Source of the DNA: an uncultured delta proteobacterium
Lineage (GTDB): Bacteria > Desulfobacterota > Desulfobacteria > Desulfobacterales > SG8-13
Length of the DNA: 64,000 nt
Assembly: GCA_963728055.1 (NCBI GenBank)
Contig: CAVSIM010000027.1
Location: 157,866-221,865 of the forward strand
Direction: 5' to 3'
Shown here: positions 42,448 through 51,825 of the stretch, piece by piece
Position numbering within the stretch: position 1 is the stretch's first letter
Layout: the number at the start of each line of letters is the position of its first letter
Translations under genes and position numbers: made by a program
Notes under the pieces: generated by a model
Seen by the model: the letters and a program-made list of their open reading frames with translations, nothing else
The model's database searches: none
What the model was told of the DNA's origin: nothing

Positions 42448-42810
42448 TTGGCGTCGTGTTCGTTTCCAAAGACAGCTCGCATTTTAAAACGGTCGGAATT
42501 TTTGCGCCTGTCGCGGACCGGAAACAAAATTCAAAACCGGCACTTTATTCTTTTGTATTCCCGTACTCATCCGGATCAGCTGCGATTTGGCATCACGGTG
42601 AGCCGCAAGGTCGGAAACGCGGTCCGGCGCAATCGCGTCAAGCGTCTGATCCGCGAAAATATTCGCCGCGTGCGGCCGCTGATGAGCGGGGGCTGGCATA
42701 TCAACATCATCGCCAAAAGAGATGCGGCGGATCTTTCCTGGGGCGAGATCGGCACGGCGTTGGCGCAACTTTTCGCCGGTATTCAGCCATATGATAAAAA
42801 AAATAAATAA
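42448..42810 (+). CDS. rnpA: Ribonuclease P protein component
   Basis: [14 protein letters not shown]...[25 protein letters not shown] is the RnpA RNR motif region. TTG start is tentative. Confidence 0.85.
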   Translation: MASCSFPKTARILKRSEFLRLSRTGNKIQNRHFILLYSRTHPDQLRFGITVSRKVGNAVRRNRVKRLIRENIRRVRPLMSGGWHINIIAKRDAADLSWGEIGTALAQLFAGIQPYDKKNK

Positions 42811-43024
42811 TATCAGTATATTAATTGCTTTAGCCTTGATTCGAGGATATCAGTTGATCCTGTCGCCGGTTTTGGGTCCTGCCTGCCGGTTTTATCCGAG
42901 CTGTTCGGAATACGCCCACCAGGCGATCGGCCGCCACGGCGTTGCCAAGGGTTCCTACCTAGCCAGCCGGCGTCTGTTGCGGTGTCATCCATTTCATCCC
43001 GGCGGCTTCGACCCGGTGCCTTAA
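42791..43024 (+). CDS. yidD: Membrane protein insertion efficiency factor YidD
   Basis: 77-aa product [31 protein letters not shown]...[17 protein letters not shown] at 42791 overlaps the rnpA end. Confidence 0.85.
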   Translation: MIKKINNISILIALALIRGYQLILSPVLGPACRFYPSCSEYAHQAIGRHGVAKGSYLASRRLLRCHPFHPGGFDPVP

Positions 43025-43242
43025 CCTCGACAAGCCCAAACCTCAGTGGCCGCCCGACAGCCTGCAAACCTTGGAAAATTCTATTCAGCCCGCAATTCCG
43101 ATTTTTCAGCCGTGGCGAAGGGAAACAACAATCGGCTCCGTTCACGGGGTATGGCCGTTTAAAGCAGTATGCCGATCAAAGAAACGTTTGCATCGAGAAG
43201 AAACAAGCGATGGGCCCCCTTGACGTCATTTAGGAGAATTCC

Positions 43243-44904
43243 ATGGATCATGTGCGCGTAATTATAGCCATAGCCCTATCTTTCCTGGTTTTTATCGTGT
43301 GGCAATTTTTCTTTGCTCCCCAGGAGCCGGTACGCAAGGCGGCGGAAAGTACGGCGCCGTCCGCCGTGTCGGACGACAAGGTGACAACGGAAAAGCCTTT
43401 CGCCCAAAAAGAGCCGCCGGCCCCGAATACCCCCCCGGCACCCGCGGCATCCGCCCCCAAAACGGGCCGCACCATAACCGTCGACACGCCGCTGTATCGG
43501 GCGGAATTTTCCGAGGACGGCGCCGCCCTCAAAAGCTTTGTGCTGAAAAAGTACCGGGAGCATGCGGCCAAGGATTCAGCGCTTAAACAACTGGTATCGC
43601 CCGGGTTAGAGGATGGAACGCTGCTGGTGGGTTTCGCCGGCGGCGGCCGCTCGGATTTGAAAAATGCGGTGTTTACGGCCGATACCGCCCTGACCGACAT
43701 CGATGTCGCGAAGATCCCCAAGGACCTGGTCTTCACCTGGACCGCTCCGGACGGGCTGGTCATCGAAAAGCGCTACCGGTTCGATCCGGCCACCTATCTT
43801 GTCGGGTTGACCATCGACGTTAAAAACGGCGCCCCTCAGCCGCTGACCGGACGGCTGGCGATCACCCTCAACAGCATCGCCCCTCAGGGTCGCAGGGCCG
43901 TCGGCTTCGAGGGACCCAGCGCTTTTATCAACAACAAACTGCAGCAGATCGCAATCAAGGATATCAAAGACAAAAACACCTTCGATGGCGTCATCGACTG
44001 GATCGCCATTCAGACCCGCTATTTCATGTCGAGCGTTATTCCCGAAACCCCAACCGAGGCCACCTTTCATTTGAACCACGGCGAAAATAACCTCATTGTC
44101 GCCCAACTCATCTTGCCTGAAACGACGATCAAACCCGAAACCCAGCAGAGTTTCGCGTTTAAAATATTCAAGGGACCCAAGAGCACGAGCCTGCTCAACG
44201 GCTACGGCCACAATCTGGGCAAGGCGATCAATTTCGGCATGTTCGATATCTTGGCCAAACCCTGCCTGTGGCTGATGAATTTTATTTATCACAACGTGGT
44301 CGCCAACTATGGCATTGCGATCATCATCTTGACCCTGCTCACCAAACTGCTGCTGTGGCCCCTGGGCACCAAGAGCTACAAGTCGATGAGCGATATGAAG
44401 AAACTGGCGCCGCTGATCAAAGAAATCAAGGAAAAATACAAGGATGACCGCAAGCGCGTGAACGAAGAGACCATGGCGCTGTATCGAACCTACAAAATAA
44501 ATCCCCTGGGCGGCTGCTTGCCGATGCTCGTTCAGATTCCCGTGTTTTTTGCCCTGTACCGGATGCTCTACGAGGCCATCGAACTGCGCCACGCCCCTTT
44601 TTTTCTGTGGATCAACGATCTGTCGGCGCCCGATCGGCTTTTTCACTTTGACTTCAGCATTCCGTTCATGGACCCGCCTTACGGCATACCGGTTCTCACG
44701 CTGATAATGGGCGCCACCATGTTTCTGCAGCAAAAAATGTCGCCGCCGATGGGCGACGCCACCCAGGCCAAAATGATGATGCTGATGCCGGTGGTGTTCA
44801 CCTTCATTTTCATCAATTTTTCATCCGGACTTGTTTTGTACTGGTTGGTGAATAATGTTGTGTCCATATCCCAGCAATATTACATCACCAAAAAGAATGC
44901 CTGA
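43243..44904 (+). CDS. yidC: Membrane protein insertase YidC
   Basis: 553-aa ORF: N-terminal TM, large periplasmic domain, and the conserved C-terminal core (NYGIAIIILTLLTKLLLWPL, GCLPMLVQIPVFFALY). Confidence 0.93.
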   Translation: MDHVRVIIAIALSFLVFIVWQFFFAPQEPVRKAAESTAPSAVSDDKVTTEKPFAQKEPPAPNTPPAPAASAPKTGRTITVDTPLYRAEFSEDGAALKSFVLKKYREHAAKDSALKQLVSPGLEDGTLLVGFAGGGRSDLKNAVFTADTALTDIDVAKIPKDLVFTWTAPDGLVIEKRYRFDPATYLVGLTIDVKNGAPQPLTGRLAITLNSIAPQGRRAVGFEGPSAFINNKLQQIAIKDIKDKNTFDGVIDWIAIQTRYFMSSVIPETPTEATFHLNHGENNLIVAQLILPETTIKPETQQSFAFKIFKGPKSTSLLNGYGHNLGKAINFGMFDILAKPCLWLMNFIYHNVVANYGIAIIILTLLTKLLLWPLGTKSYKSMSDMKKLAPLIKEIKEKYKDDRKRVNEETMALYRTYKINPLGGCLPMLVQIPVFFALYRMLYEAIELRHAPFFLWINDLSAPDRLFHFDFSIPFMDPPYGIPVLTLIMGATMFLQQKMSPPMGDATQAKMMMLMPVVFTFIFINFSSGLVLYWLVNNVVSISQQYYITKKNA

Positions 44905-45278
44905 CGCCCCACCGCTGGTGAACGACGGGAGATTCTTCAACGGCGCGCACGCTGGAACCCGAAGCAGAAAATGTCGAGCAGGCCGTCATACTTGTCTGCG
45001 ATTGCAAGATGGATGCCGCCACCCGTGCGTACCCGCAGTACGGGAGACGGGTTTCGGCGCAAACCGGTCATCTTTCCAACCAAACGTCTCTCCCTTAAGT
45101 GGCGGCCATCGTTTAACAGCTGTAACCCGCGCCCGTCAAAGGCCCTTTTTCCTCCGGTCTGCCGGCCGCAGCGGGTTTAAGGCCATGCCGCCCCGCGGTC
45201 AATAAACATCATGGGACCTTGCGCAGGAAGAAACACGACTTTTTCAGGCATGTGAATCGGCACGAATCAACCCGTCAT

Positions 45279-46700
45279 ATGAACCCAGACACGATCGCTG
45301 CCATCGCCACGCCCGCCGGGATCGGCGGGATCGGCGTTATCCGCATTTCCGGCCCTGATGCGTTTTCCATAGCCGCCGCCCTTTTTCATAGCGGCACCAA
45401 CGGCGCTCCCGGCGATGATGCCGTGGATGGCCGCCGGCGGCAAGGCCCGTTTCGCAGCCACCGGTTGTATTACGGTCATGTTGTCGATCCGGAAACCGGG
45501 ATGCCTGTCGATGAAGTGCTGCTCGTCGCGATGCGGGCACCGCGATCCTACACCCGTCAGGACGTCGTCGAAATCCAGGCCCATGCCGGTGCGGCGGTGC
45601 TGCACCGGGTTCTGGAACTCGCCCTGCGGCAGGGGGCGCGGATGGCCGATCCGGGTGAATTCACGCAGCGGGCCTTCCTCAACGGCAGAATCGATTTGAC
45701 CCAGGCCGAGGCCGTCATCGACATTATCAACGCCCGGACCCGGACCGCGCTGACGATCGCCACCCGGCAGGCGGCCGGCCACCTCACACTGGCGGTGAAA
45801 AACATCCGCAGCCTGCTTTTGGACCTGCTGGTCCCCGTCGAGGCGGCCATCGATTTTCCCGACGAGGTGTCCGACTTCATGTCCGCGGATGAGCTGGCGT
45901 CCAAGCTGCAGCACCCGGTTGCCGCGCTCGTGACCGAGTTGATGGGGCGCTACCGGCAGGGATGCATCTATCGTGACGGATTGAAGCTGGTCATTGCAGG
46001 AAGACCCAATGTGGGTAAATCGAGCCTGCTGAACCGCCTGTTGGAAAGGGAGCGGTCCATCGTCACGGCGATTCCGGGTACGACGCGGGATTTTGTCGAG
46101 GACACGTTTCAATTGCAGGGCGTGCCGGTAACCGTGACCGACACGGCCGGTCTGCACGATGCGGCCGACCCGATCGAAAAAATCGGCATGTCCAATACCA
46201 GAAGGTGCCTGGAAACTGCGGACCTCATCCTGCTGGTGATTGATGGATCCGCGGCGCTGGCGGACGATGACCGCCGAATTTATGAACTCTGCGCGGACAA
46301 AGCGGTGATCGTCGTCATCAACAAAATCGATCTTATCGGCGAGGGGCAAGATCCGGCGGGGCTTCCGGTCGATTGGACGGCGGAAAACTCGATCAGGATT
46401 TCGGCCCTTAACGGCGAGGGAATCGAGGAGTTGAAACGGCGCATCGCCGCAACCGCAGGCGTTTTACCGTATGACCCGCAACAGCATGCCGCCATACCGA
46501 ACCTCAGGCACCAGCAGGCACTTGAAAAATGTTATCGGCATGTTATGACGGCCATAGCGGGTCTGCGGGATGATCAGCCCGGTGAACTGGTGGCTCTCGA
46601 TATCCGCGCGGCGATCGGCTGCTGTGATGCCGTTCTCGGCATCGGCCTGGCCCCTGATATGTTAGAGCAGCTTTTCAGCCGGTTTTGCATCGGTAAATAG
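45279..46700 (+). CDS. mnmE: tRNA uridine-5-carboxymethylaminomethyl modification GTPase MnmE
   Basis: MNPDTIAAIATP..GIGVIRISG N-terminus, G-domain GRPNVGKSSLLN / DTAG, and C-terminal FCIGK. Confidence 0.93.
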   Translation: MNPDTIAAIATPAGIGGIGVIRISGPDAFSIAAALFHSGTNGAPGDDAVDGRRRQGPFRSHRLYYGHVVDPETGMPVDEVLLVAMRAPRSYTRQDVVEIQAHAGAAVLHRVLELALRQGARMADPGEFTQRAFLNGRIDLTQAEAVIDIINARTRTALTIATRQAAGHLTLAVKNIRSLLLDLLVPVEAAIDFPDEVSDFMSADELASKLQHPVAALVTELMGRYRQGCIYRDGLKLVIAGRPNVGKSSLLNRLLERERSIVTAIPGTTRDFVEDTFQLQGVPVTVTDTAGLHDAADPIEKIGMSNTRRCLETADLILLVIDGSAALADDDRRIYELCADKAVIVVINKIDLIGEGQDPAGLPVDWTAENSIRISALNGEGIEELKRRIAATAGVLPYDPQQHAAIPNLRHQQALEKCYRHVMTAIAGLRDDQPGELVALDIRAAIGCCDAVLGIGLAPDMLEQLFSRFCIGK

Positions 46701-46704
46701 CGAT

Positions 46705-46733
46705 TGTTTCACGTGGAACATTAAGGTTTTTTT
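46705..46733 (+). terminator. Weak candidate terminator after mnmE
   Basis: Short imperfect palindrome TGTTTCACGTGGAACA (46705-46720), followed 6 nt later by TTTTTTT (46727-46733). Confidence 0.3.
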
Positions 46734-46875
46734 AAAAGGGACTCGTCATTTTTGCGCGCGCCGCGCGTTGGGCCGAAGATGAGATTTTATCGGCAGTCGT
46801 CTTGCAGCGTGTCGCACAAATTTTAAGAACGCCCTGCGGCGGCGGACGGGTCGGAAATAAAGAGGAGTGACCAGA

Positions 46876-47577
46876 ATGGATTTTGATCTGACACCATACT
46901 TCAGACGCTACGAAGCGCTGGTGAAACTGGCCGATCAGGCTTTTCAGCGGGTTTCCACGGAATATCCCGAGCATGTCAAATGCCGCAGCGGCTGCGCGGA
47001 CTGTTGCCATGCCCTTTTCGACCTGACCCTGATCGAGGCCCTCTACATCAACCAGAAATTCAACGAAACCTACCAGGGCCCGCAGCGTGAGGCGCTGCTG
47101 GAGAAGGCCAACCGCCTTGACCGGCAAATCGCCCGGATCAAGCGCCAGGCGGGTCAGGACCTTCAAAACGGGAAACCCGAGCGGGACATTCTGCGGGAGT
47201 TGGCGGCCATGCGGGTTCGCTGCTCGCTTCTAAACGACCGGGACCTGTGCGACCTGTACGAGTTTCGACCGCTGACCTGCCGTTTTTACGGAATCCCGAC
47301 GGCCATCGGCGGCGCCGGCCACACCTGTGGCCTGTCGGGCTTCAAGGAGGGCCAGTCCTACCCGACCATCAATCTCGACCTGGTCCATCAGCAATTGCAG
47401 CAGATTACGGCCGAGTTGGTACGGGACATGGAGTCCAAGTTCATCAAACTGAGCGACCTGCTCATTCCCCTGTCCATGGCGCTGCTCACGCTGTTCGATG
47501 CGGAATATCTCGGCATCGATTACAAGGCCGACAGCCAGGGTCGAAAAACCGCCGAGGACCAGGTCAAAAGGAGTTGA
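46876..47577 (+). CDS. YkgJ/UPF0153-family cysteine-cluster protein (second paralog in the window)
   Basis: CRSGCADCC motif and RCSLLNDRDLCDLYEFRPLTCRFYG second motif. AAAGAGGAG RBS lies 9 nt before ATG 46876. Confidence 0.7.
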   Translation: MDFDLTPYFRRYEALVKLADQAFQRVSTEYPEHVKCRSGCADCCHALFDLTLIEALYINQKFNETYQGPQREALLEKANRLDRQIARIKRQAGQDLQNGKPERDILRELAAMRVRCSLLNDRDLCDLYEFRPLTCRFYGIPTAIGGAGHTCGLSGFKEGQSYPTINLDLVHQQLQQITAELVRDMESKFIKLSDLLIPLSMALLTLFDAEYLGIDYKADSQGRKTAEDQVKRS

Positions 47578-47579
47578 CG

Positions 47580-47927
47580 ATGTCCGAGTATTCGCCGGAA
47601 GAGGTCGAGCAGCGCAAGAAAGCCGTCTTCGAGGCCATGTCGCCGCGTTTGCAGAAGCATATCCTCAAGAAAGGCTACGCGAAATGGGATCCGTTTCAGG
47701 AACCCAAGGACCCCATCGAAATCCGCCGCGACAAAACGAAGCGCACGACCCAGATGCTGATCCGGGAATTTCTGCAGTCGCGCCCGCTGGAAACCTACAG
47801 CAATGCTTACGGCAGAGGCGTGCTGGAGATTGCGATGGGGATTATCAACGAAGATGACCGGTTTGTGGCGATGTATGAATTTGCGTGCTGGTATCGCGAT
47901 TTGTTGAAACAGGAAGGACTGGAGTAG
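47580..47927 (+). CDS. Hypothetical 115-aa protein
   Basis: ATG lies 2 nt after the stop of the preceding gene (coupled). Charged N-terminal half and WYRDLLKQEGLE C-terminus. No family recognised. Confidence 0.6.
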   Translation: MSEYSPEEVEQRKKAVFEAMSPRLQKHILKKGYAKWDPFQEPKDPIEIRRDKTKRTTQMLIREFLQSRPLETYSNAYGRGVLEIAMGIINEDDRFVAMYEFACWYRDLLKQEGLE

Positions 47928-47941
47928 CCGCGGCCGGAAAA

Positions 47942-47977
47942 AATTCCCGTCAACGCAGCGGTTGACGGGAATTTTTT
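47942..47977. terminator. Bidirectional rho-independent terminator between convergent genes
   Basis: ATTCCCGTCAAC (47942-47953) pairs with GTTGACGGGAAT (47961-47972). It is flanked by an A-run upstream and a T-run downstream. Confidence 0.7.
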
Positions 47978-48278
47978 ATTTTTGGAAAGGGGTCCCCAGC
48001 AAGTACTCTTCGTAGACCGTCGGACCCAATTGAAAAATTTCAAGCATGGCCTCGATGTTTTTTCGATCCGGGTTTTTTTTCCATTTGAGCCACTCTCCCA
48101 TGCTCTGCCAGGTGGCGATCACGCACACATCCTGCTGGTCCGCATAGTTGGTGAGGGTCTCGCCGGAGATGTATCCCGGCTGGCTCATGGCGGCGGACCG
48201 CAACTTTGTCAGAAGCGCGACGATCTCCCGTGTCTTTACCGTTTTAAACCTGCGTTTGATGATGATTTTGGCCAGCAT
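47976..48278 (-). CDS. Antibiotic biosynthesis monooxygenase (ABM) domain protein
   Basis: 100-aa product MLAKIIIKRRFK...PGYISGETL...VIATWQSMGEWLKWKKNPDR fits the ferredoxin-like ABM fold pattern. The upstream extension in the track ORF was not used. Confidence 0.7.
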   Translation of the reverse strand: MLAKIIIKRRFKTVKTREIVALLTKLRSAAMSQPGYISGETLTNYADQQDVCVIATWQSMGEWLKWKKNPDRKNIEAMLEIFQLGPTVYEEYLLGTPFQK

Positions 48279-48391
48279 GACACACCTCCTTTTTTGTGCG
48301 TGGGATTGTGTGATGTGCTGAAAAAACGGCACCTGGAAATTCATGTCGCATCGCTGCGGGCAAGTCAAGTACAAAGAAGGCGGCGCCGCGA

Positions 48392-49519
48392 TCAAGCGGC
48401 CAAAAAACTCCACAAAATGCCGGCGCATATGGCCGATCCGATGACACCCGATGAATTGCAGGCCATGGCGTGCATCAGGAGATAATTGGTCGGGTCGGAT
48501 TTGAGGCCAACGAGGTGCACCTCCCGCGCCGATCCCGGCACGGCCGAAACGCCGGCGGCCCCCAGAAGCGGATTGATTTTATCTTTCATGAAAAGATTCA
48601 TGATCTTGGCGAAGAGCACCCCTGAAGCGGTGGCGATGCTGAAGGCGACGGCGCCCAAAAAGAAGATACCGACCGATTTGGTGGTCAGAAAGACATCGGC
48701 CTGGGTACTGGCGCCGACCGTGAAGCCTAGAAAGATCGTGGCGGTGTCGATGATGGCCGTGCGGGCGGTTTGCGCCAACCGGTCCACGACACCCGACTCC
48801 TTCATGATGTTGCCGAAAAAAAAGGGCCCCAGGAGCGGGATCGACGCCGGTGCCAGAAAACAGCACAGAATCAGCCCGGCCGCGGGAAAGAGCAATTTTT
48901 CCGTCCGTGACACCGTGCGGATGTCCGGCATGTGGATCCGGCGTTCCTTGCGGGTCGTCAGCAAGCGCATGATCGGCGGTTGGATGATGGGAATCAGGGC
49001 CATGTAGGAGTAGGCGGCGATGGCGATCGGGCCGATCAGGTGGGGGGCCAGCTTCGCGGTCAGAAAGATCGAGGTGGGACCATCGGCGCCGCCGATGATG
49101 GCGATCGAGGCGGCCTCGTTGGGAAGAAAACCGAAGCCCAGGGCGCTTAACAGCGTCACATAAATTCCCATCTGGGCGGCGGCGCCCAACAGCATCAGTT
49201 TGGGCATCGCCAGAAGCGATGAGAAGTCGGTCATGGCGCCCAGGCCGAGAAAGACAATCGACGGATAAACCCCGCTGGTGACGCCGAAATACAGGTAGTG
49301 CAAAACGCTGTTGGGTTCGTAAATACCCAAACCGAACCCCTTGAAGAAGGGAACGTTACCCACCAGAATGCCGAAGCCGATCGGCAGCAGCAGCAATGGT
49401 TCGTACTCTTTGGCGATGGCCAGGTAAAGGAAAACCGAGCCCACGAGCAGCATGATGACATGGCGGAAATCCGCCAGGAAGTAACCGGTATTCGACAAGA
49501 ATTGGATAAAAAGTTCCAT
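48392..49519 (-). CDS. Sodium ion-translocating decarboxylase beta subunit (OadB/GcdB/MmdB family)
   Basis: 375-aa polytopic membrane protein. EYEPLLLLPIGFGILVGN, IIGGADGPTSIF and the overall sequence are typical of the beta subunit family. Confidence 0.9.
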   Translation of the reverse strand: MELFIQFLSNTGYFLADFRHVIMLLVGSVFLYLAIAKEYEPLLLLPIGFGILVGNVPFFKGFGLGIYEPNSVLHYLYFGVTSGVYPSIVFLGLGAMTDFSSLLAMPKLMLLGAAAQMGIYVTLLSALGFGFLPNEAASIAIIGGADGPTSIFLTAKLAPHLIGPIAIAAYSYMALIPIIQPPIMRLLTTRKERRIHMPDIRTVSRTEKLLFPAAGLILCCFLAPASIPLLGPFFFGNIMKESGVVDRLAQTARTAIIDTATIFLGFTVGASTQADVFLTTKSVGIFFLGAVAFSIATASGVLFAKIMNLFMKDKINPLLGAAGVSAVPGSAREVHLVGLKSDPTNYLLMHAMACNSSGVIGSAICAGILWSFLAA

Positions 49520-49579
49520 TTGGTATACTCTTTCCGATATGGCAATGTGATGGGCGGCGGAAGGGGTGGCAAGAAAGCG

Positions 49580-49990
49580 TCACGACCAGACAAATCGATT
49601 GTCTCCGGCCGGAAGGATCACCCCGGCTTCCCTCAAGCCCCTGATCGACAAGTGTACGTGCGGCAGCGCGTTGCTGTTGGCCAGTTCGTAAAGATGCTGC
49701 AGGTCGAACGTCTCGCCGAGTTCGGCCGCCAGGGGCGCCAGGCGTTTTTCAGCCTCGGCCAGGTCCAGGTGCGGCGTTTTTGACGCCGTGGGCGGCGGAG
49801 GCGCGTTCGAAACCCCGGCGGCCGCGCCGGATCTTATTTTAAATCCATTTTCCAGCAATGTTGCGACCTTGTGAAGCTGCGAGATGACAAACGACAACAG
49901 GGCGAGACCCGCCATCACGATCAATATGCCGGTTATGGCCATTGCCCAACCGTTTTGTGCCGATATCGCTTCCAAACCGTAACCGTGCAA
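49580..49990 (-). CDS. OadG-like gamma subunit of Na+-translocating decarboxylase with a long C-terminal extension
   Basis: N-terminal single TM NGWAMAITGILIVMAGLALLSFVISQL is OadG-like, and the gene lies immediately upstream of the beta subunit. 136 aa, versus about 80 aa as remembered for typical OadG. Confidence 0.7.
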   Translation of the reverse strand: MHGYGLEAISAQNGWAMAITGILIVMAGLALLSFVISQLHKVATLLENGFKIRSGAAAGVSNAPPPPTASKTPHLDLAEAEKRLAPLAAELGETFDLQHLYELANSNALPHVHLSIRGLREAGVILPAGDNRFVWS

Positions 49991-50217
49991 AAGAGCCTCC
50001 TGAAATCAAGTAGATATCATTAAACGCGGTTTCTTTTTTCGACCATACCAAACGCCAAATGTCAACTTTAAACGGTATCTGGGCCTGAATTCAACCATTT
50101 TATGACGACCTCCCATTTTCTTCACGCAACCTGCCCTGTCGAACGGCTCCGCGCATTTTTATTTCCGGCCGAGCGCCGCGTAAGCCGGTCCACCCGCATG
50201 TGAGGGTTTCAGAAAAA

Positions 50218-51417
50218 ATGTCCCAGGATGACTGCCGGAGCGAGCAGCGTGAGTTTGCCAGGCTGTTGACGATCTGCTGCCTGATCACCTTCGGCTGCTA
50301 TTTCGCCATATCCATGCGGCTGCCGGTGGTGCCCCTGTATGCCAGTGGTCTTGGCATCGGAACCTCCCGGATCGGCATGATCAATGCCGCCTTCTATCTC
50401 GTGGCCGGAATACTGGCGCTGCCCGCGGGAATGCTCTCCGATGTCATCGGCCGCCGCCGTCTGGCCGTGGCCGGCACGCTGATTCTGTTCACCGGCATGC
50501 TGCTGTTGCTTTTCGCGCGCGCTTTCTCTCATCTGGCCGGAGTCTATCTGCTTCTGGGGGTCGGCATCGCGGCTTTCGGGCCCACCATGATGGCGTGGGT
50601 ATCCGCAATATCACCGCCCACCCACCTGGGCCGGGCCTACGGCTGGTACACCACGGCCCTTTTTTGCGGGCTCGGAATGGGGCCGGCCGCAGGCGGCGTC
50701 CTGGGACAGGGGCTCGGGTATCGATCGGTATTTCTGGCCGGAGCCGTCCTGTCGGCCTTCAACATCTGGGCGGTCACCCGATTTCTGCCGGTTCCGGCGC
50801 CCGTGGCCGTTTACCCGAAACCGACAGGAATATCCCGCGCGACCGCCCGGCGCCTGCTCGCCAACCGGCCGCTGATCGGGTGCTGGCTGGCGACATTCGG
50901 GGCCAACATCATCGGCGGCGTCTTCTTTACCTATCTGCCGCTGCTGGCCCACGAACGGGGCCTGGATGCCGGGCAGATCGGCATGGTTTTCCTGGTGCAG
51001 TCCGTCGCCAATGCCGCCTCCCGAATTCCTTTCGGGGCGCTGAGCGATCGTCTGGGCCGCAGGAAATACCAGGCCTTCTGCGGCACCCTCCTGGCGACCG
51101 CCGCCGTGGCCGGATTCGTCAACGCCCGGAGCTTTTTTAATTTCCTGCTCGCCGCAGCGTGCTTGGGCACCAGTCTGGCGGTCGCCTTCACCTCCATCGG
51201 AGCGCTGATCGCCGAGACGGCCGAACCCCGGTTTCGCGGCCTGGCTTTGGGCGGCTACAACAGCTTCATTTATTTCGGGTTGATGGCCGGCTCCATGGGC
51301 TGGGGGCCCTTGATCGAATCGGTCGGCTTTGCAAACGGATTCATGATTGCCGGCGCGGTAAACCTGTTCTTCGTGGCCCTTTTCATCGTGAGCATGTGGG
51401 GGCATTTTAAGCGCTGA
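50218..51417 (+). CDS. MFS transporter
   Basis: About 12 hydrophobic segments and the MFS loop motif GMLSDVIGRRR between TM2 and TM3. Start is ATG 50218 or GTG 50200. Confidence 0.85.
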   Translation: MSQDDCRSEQREFARLLTICCLITFGCYFAISMRLPVVPLYASGLGIGTSRIGMINAAFYLVAGILALPAGMLSDVIGRRRLAVAGTLILFTGMLLLLFARAFSHLAGVYLLLGVGIAAFGPTMMAWVSAISPPTHLGRAYGWYTTALFCGLGMGPAAGGVLGQGLGYRSVFLAGAVLSAFNIWAVTRFLPVPAPVAVYPKPTGISRATARRLLANRPLIGCWLATFGANIIGGVFFTYLPLLAHERGLDAGQIGMVFLVQSVANAASRIPFGALSDRLGRRKYQAFCGTLLATAAVAGFVNARSFFNFLLAAACLGTSLAVAFTSIGALIAETAEPRFRGLALGGYNSFIYFGLMAGSMGWGPLIESVGFANGFMIAGAVNLFFVALFIVSMWGHFKR

Positions 51418-51507
51418 GTGATCGGATTGTCCGCAGACCTTTCGCAGTCGATATCCCGGTCACTGCGATTCAGAACCTCCCCCTTACAAAAGGTCCCGAC
51501 GTCTTTT

Positions 51508-51536
51508 TTGACCCGTCATTTTTCTGTCGTTATAGC
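51508..51536 (+). promoter_or_regulatory. Candidate sigma70-type promoter in the AT-rich spacer upstream of the actin-like gene
   Basis: TTGACC (51508-51513), a 17-nt spacer, then TATAGC (51531-51536). This would give a leader of about 290 nt. Confidence 0.3.
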
Positions 51537-51825
51537 GCCATGATCCGGGCGCTTATTGTTATAAGTACCCGTAATAAATATATTTTATATATTTTCGATC
51601 TTTACGGCACAATCTTTGCGTAGGTCATGGCCGGTTCCATGACGGCAGCGGGCATGGCGAAAAAACGGAACGCGGGAGATGGGCCGGTCGCGAGGGCTTC
51701 CGGCTTCAATTATTAACCTTATTTTCATATAGTTATATGCGTAAACACCCGCTTTCAGGTTCGGGAAGCATCCCCTGGCCTCATTATCGACTGATGAACA
51801 CATGCGCAAAAAAGGAGACATTTTC

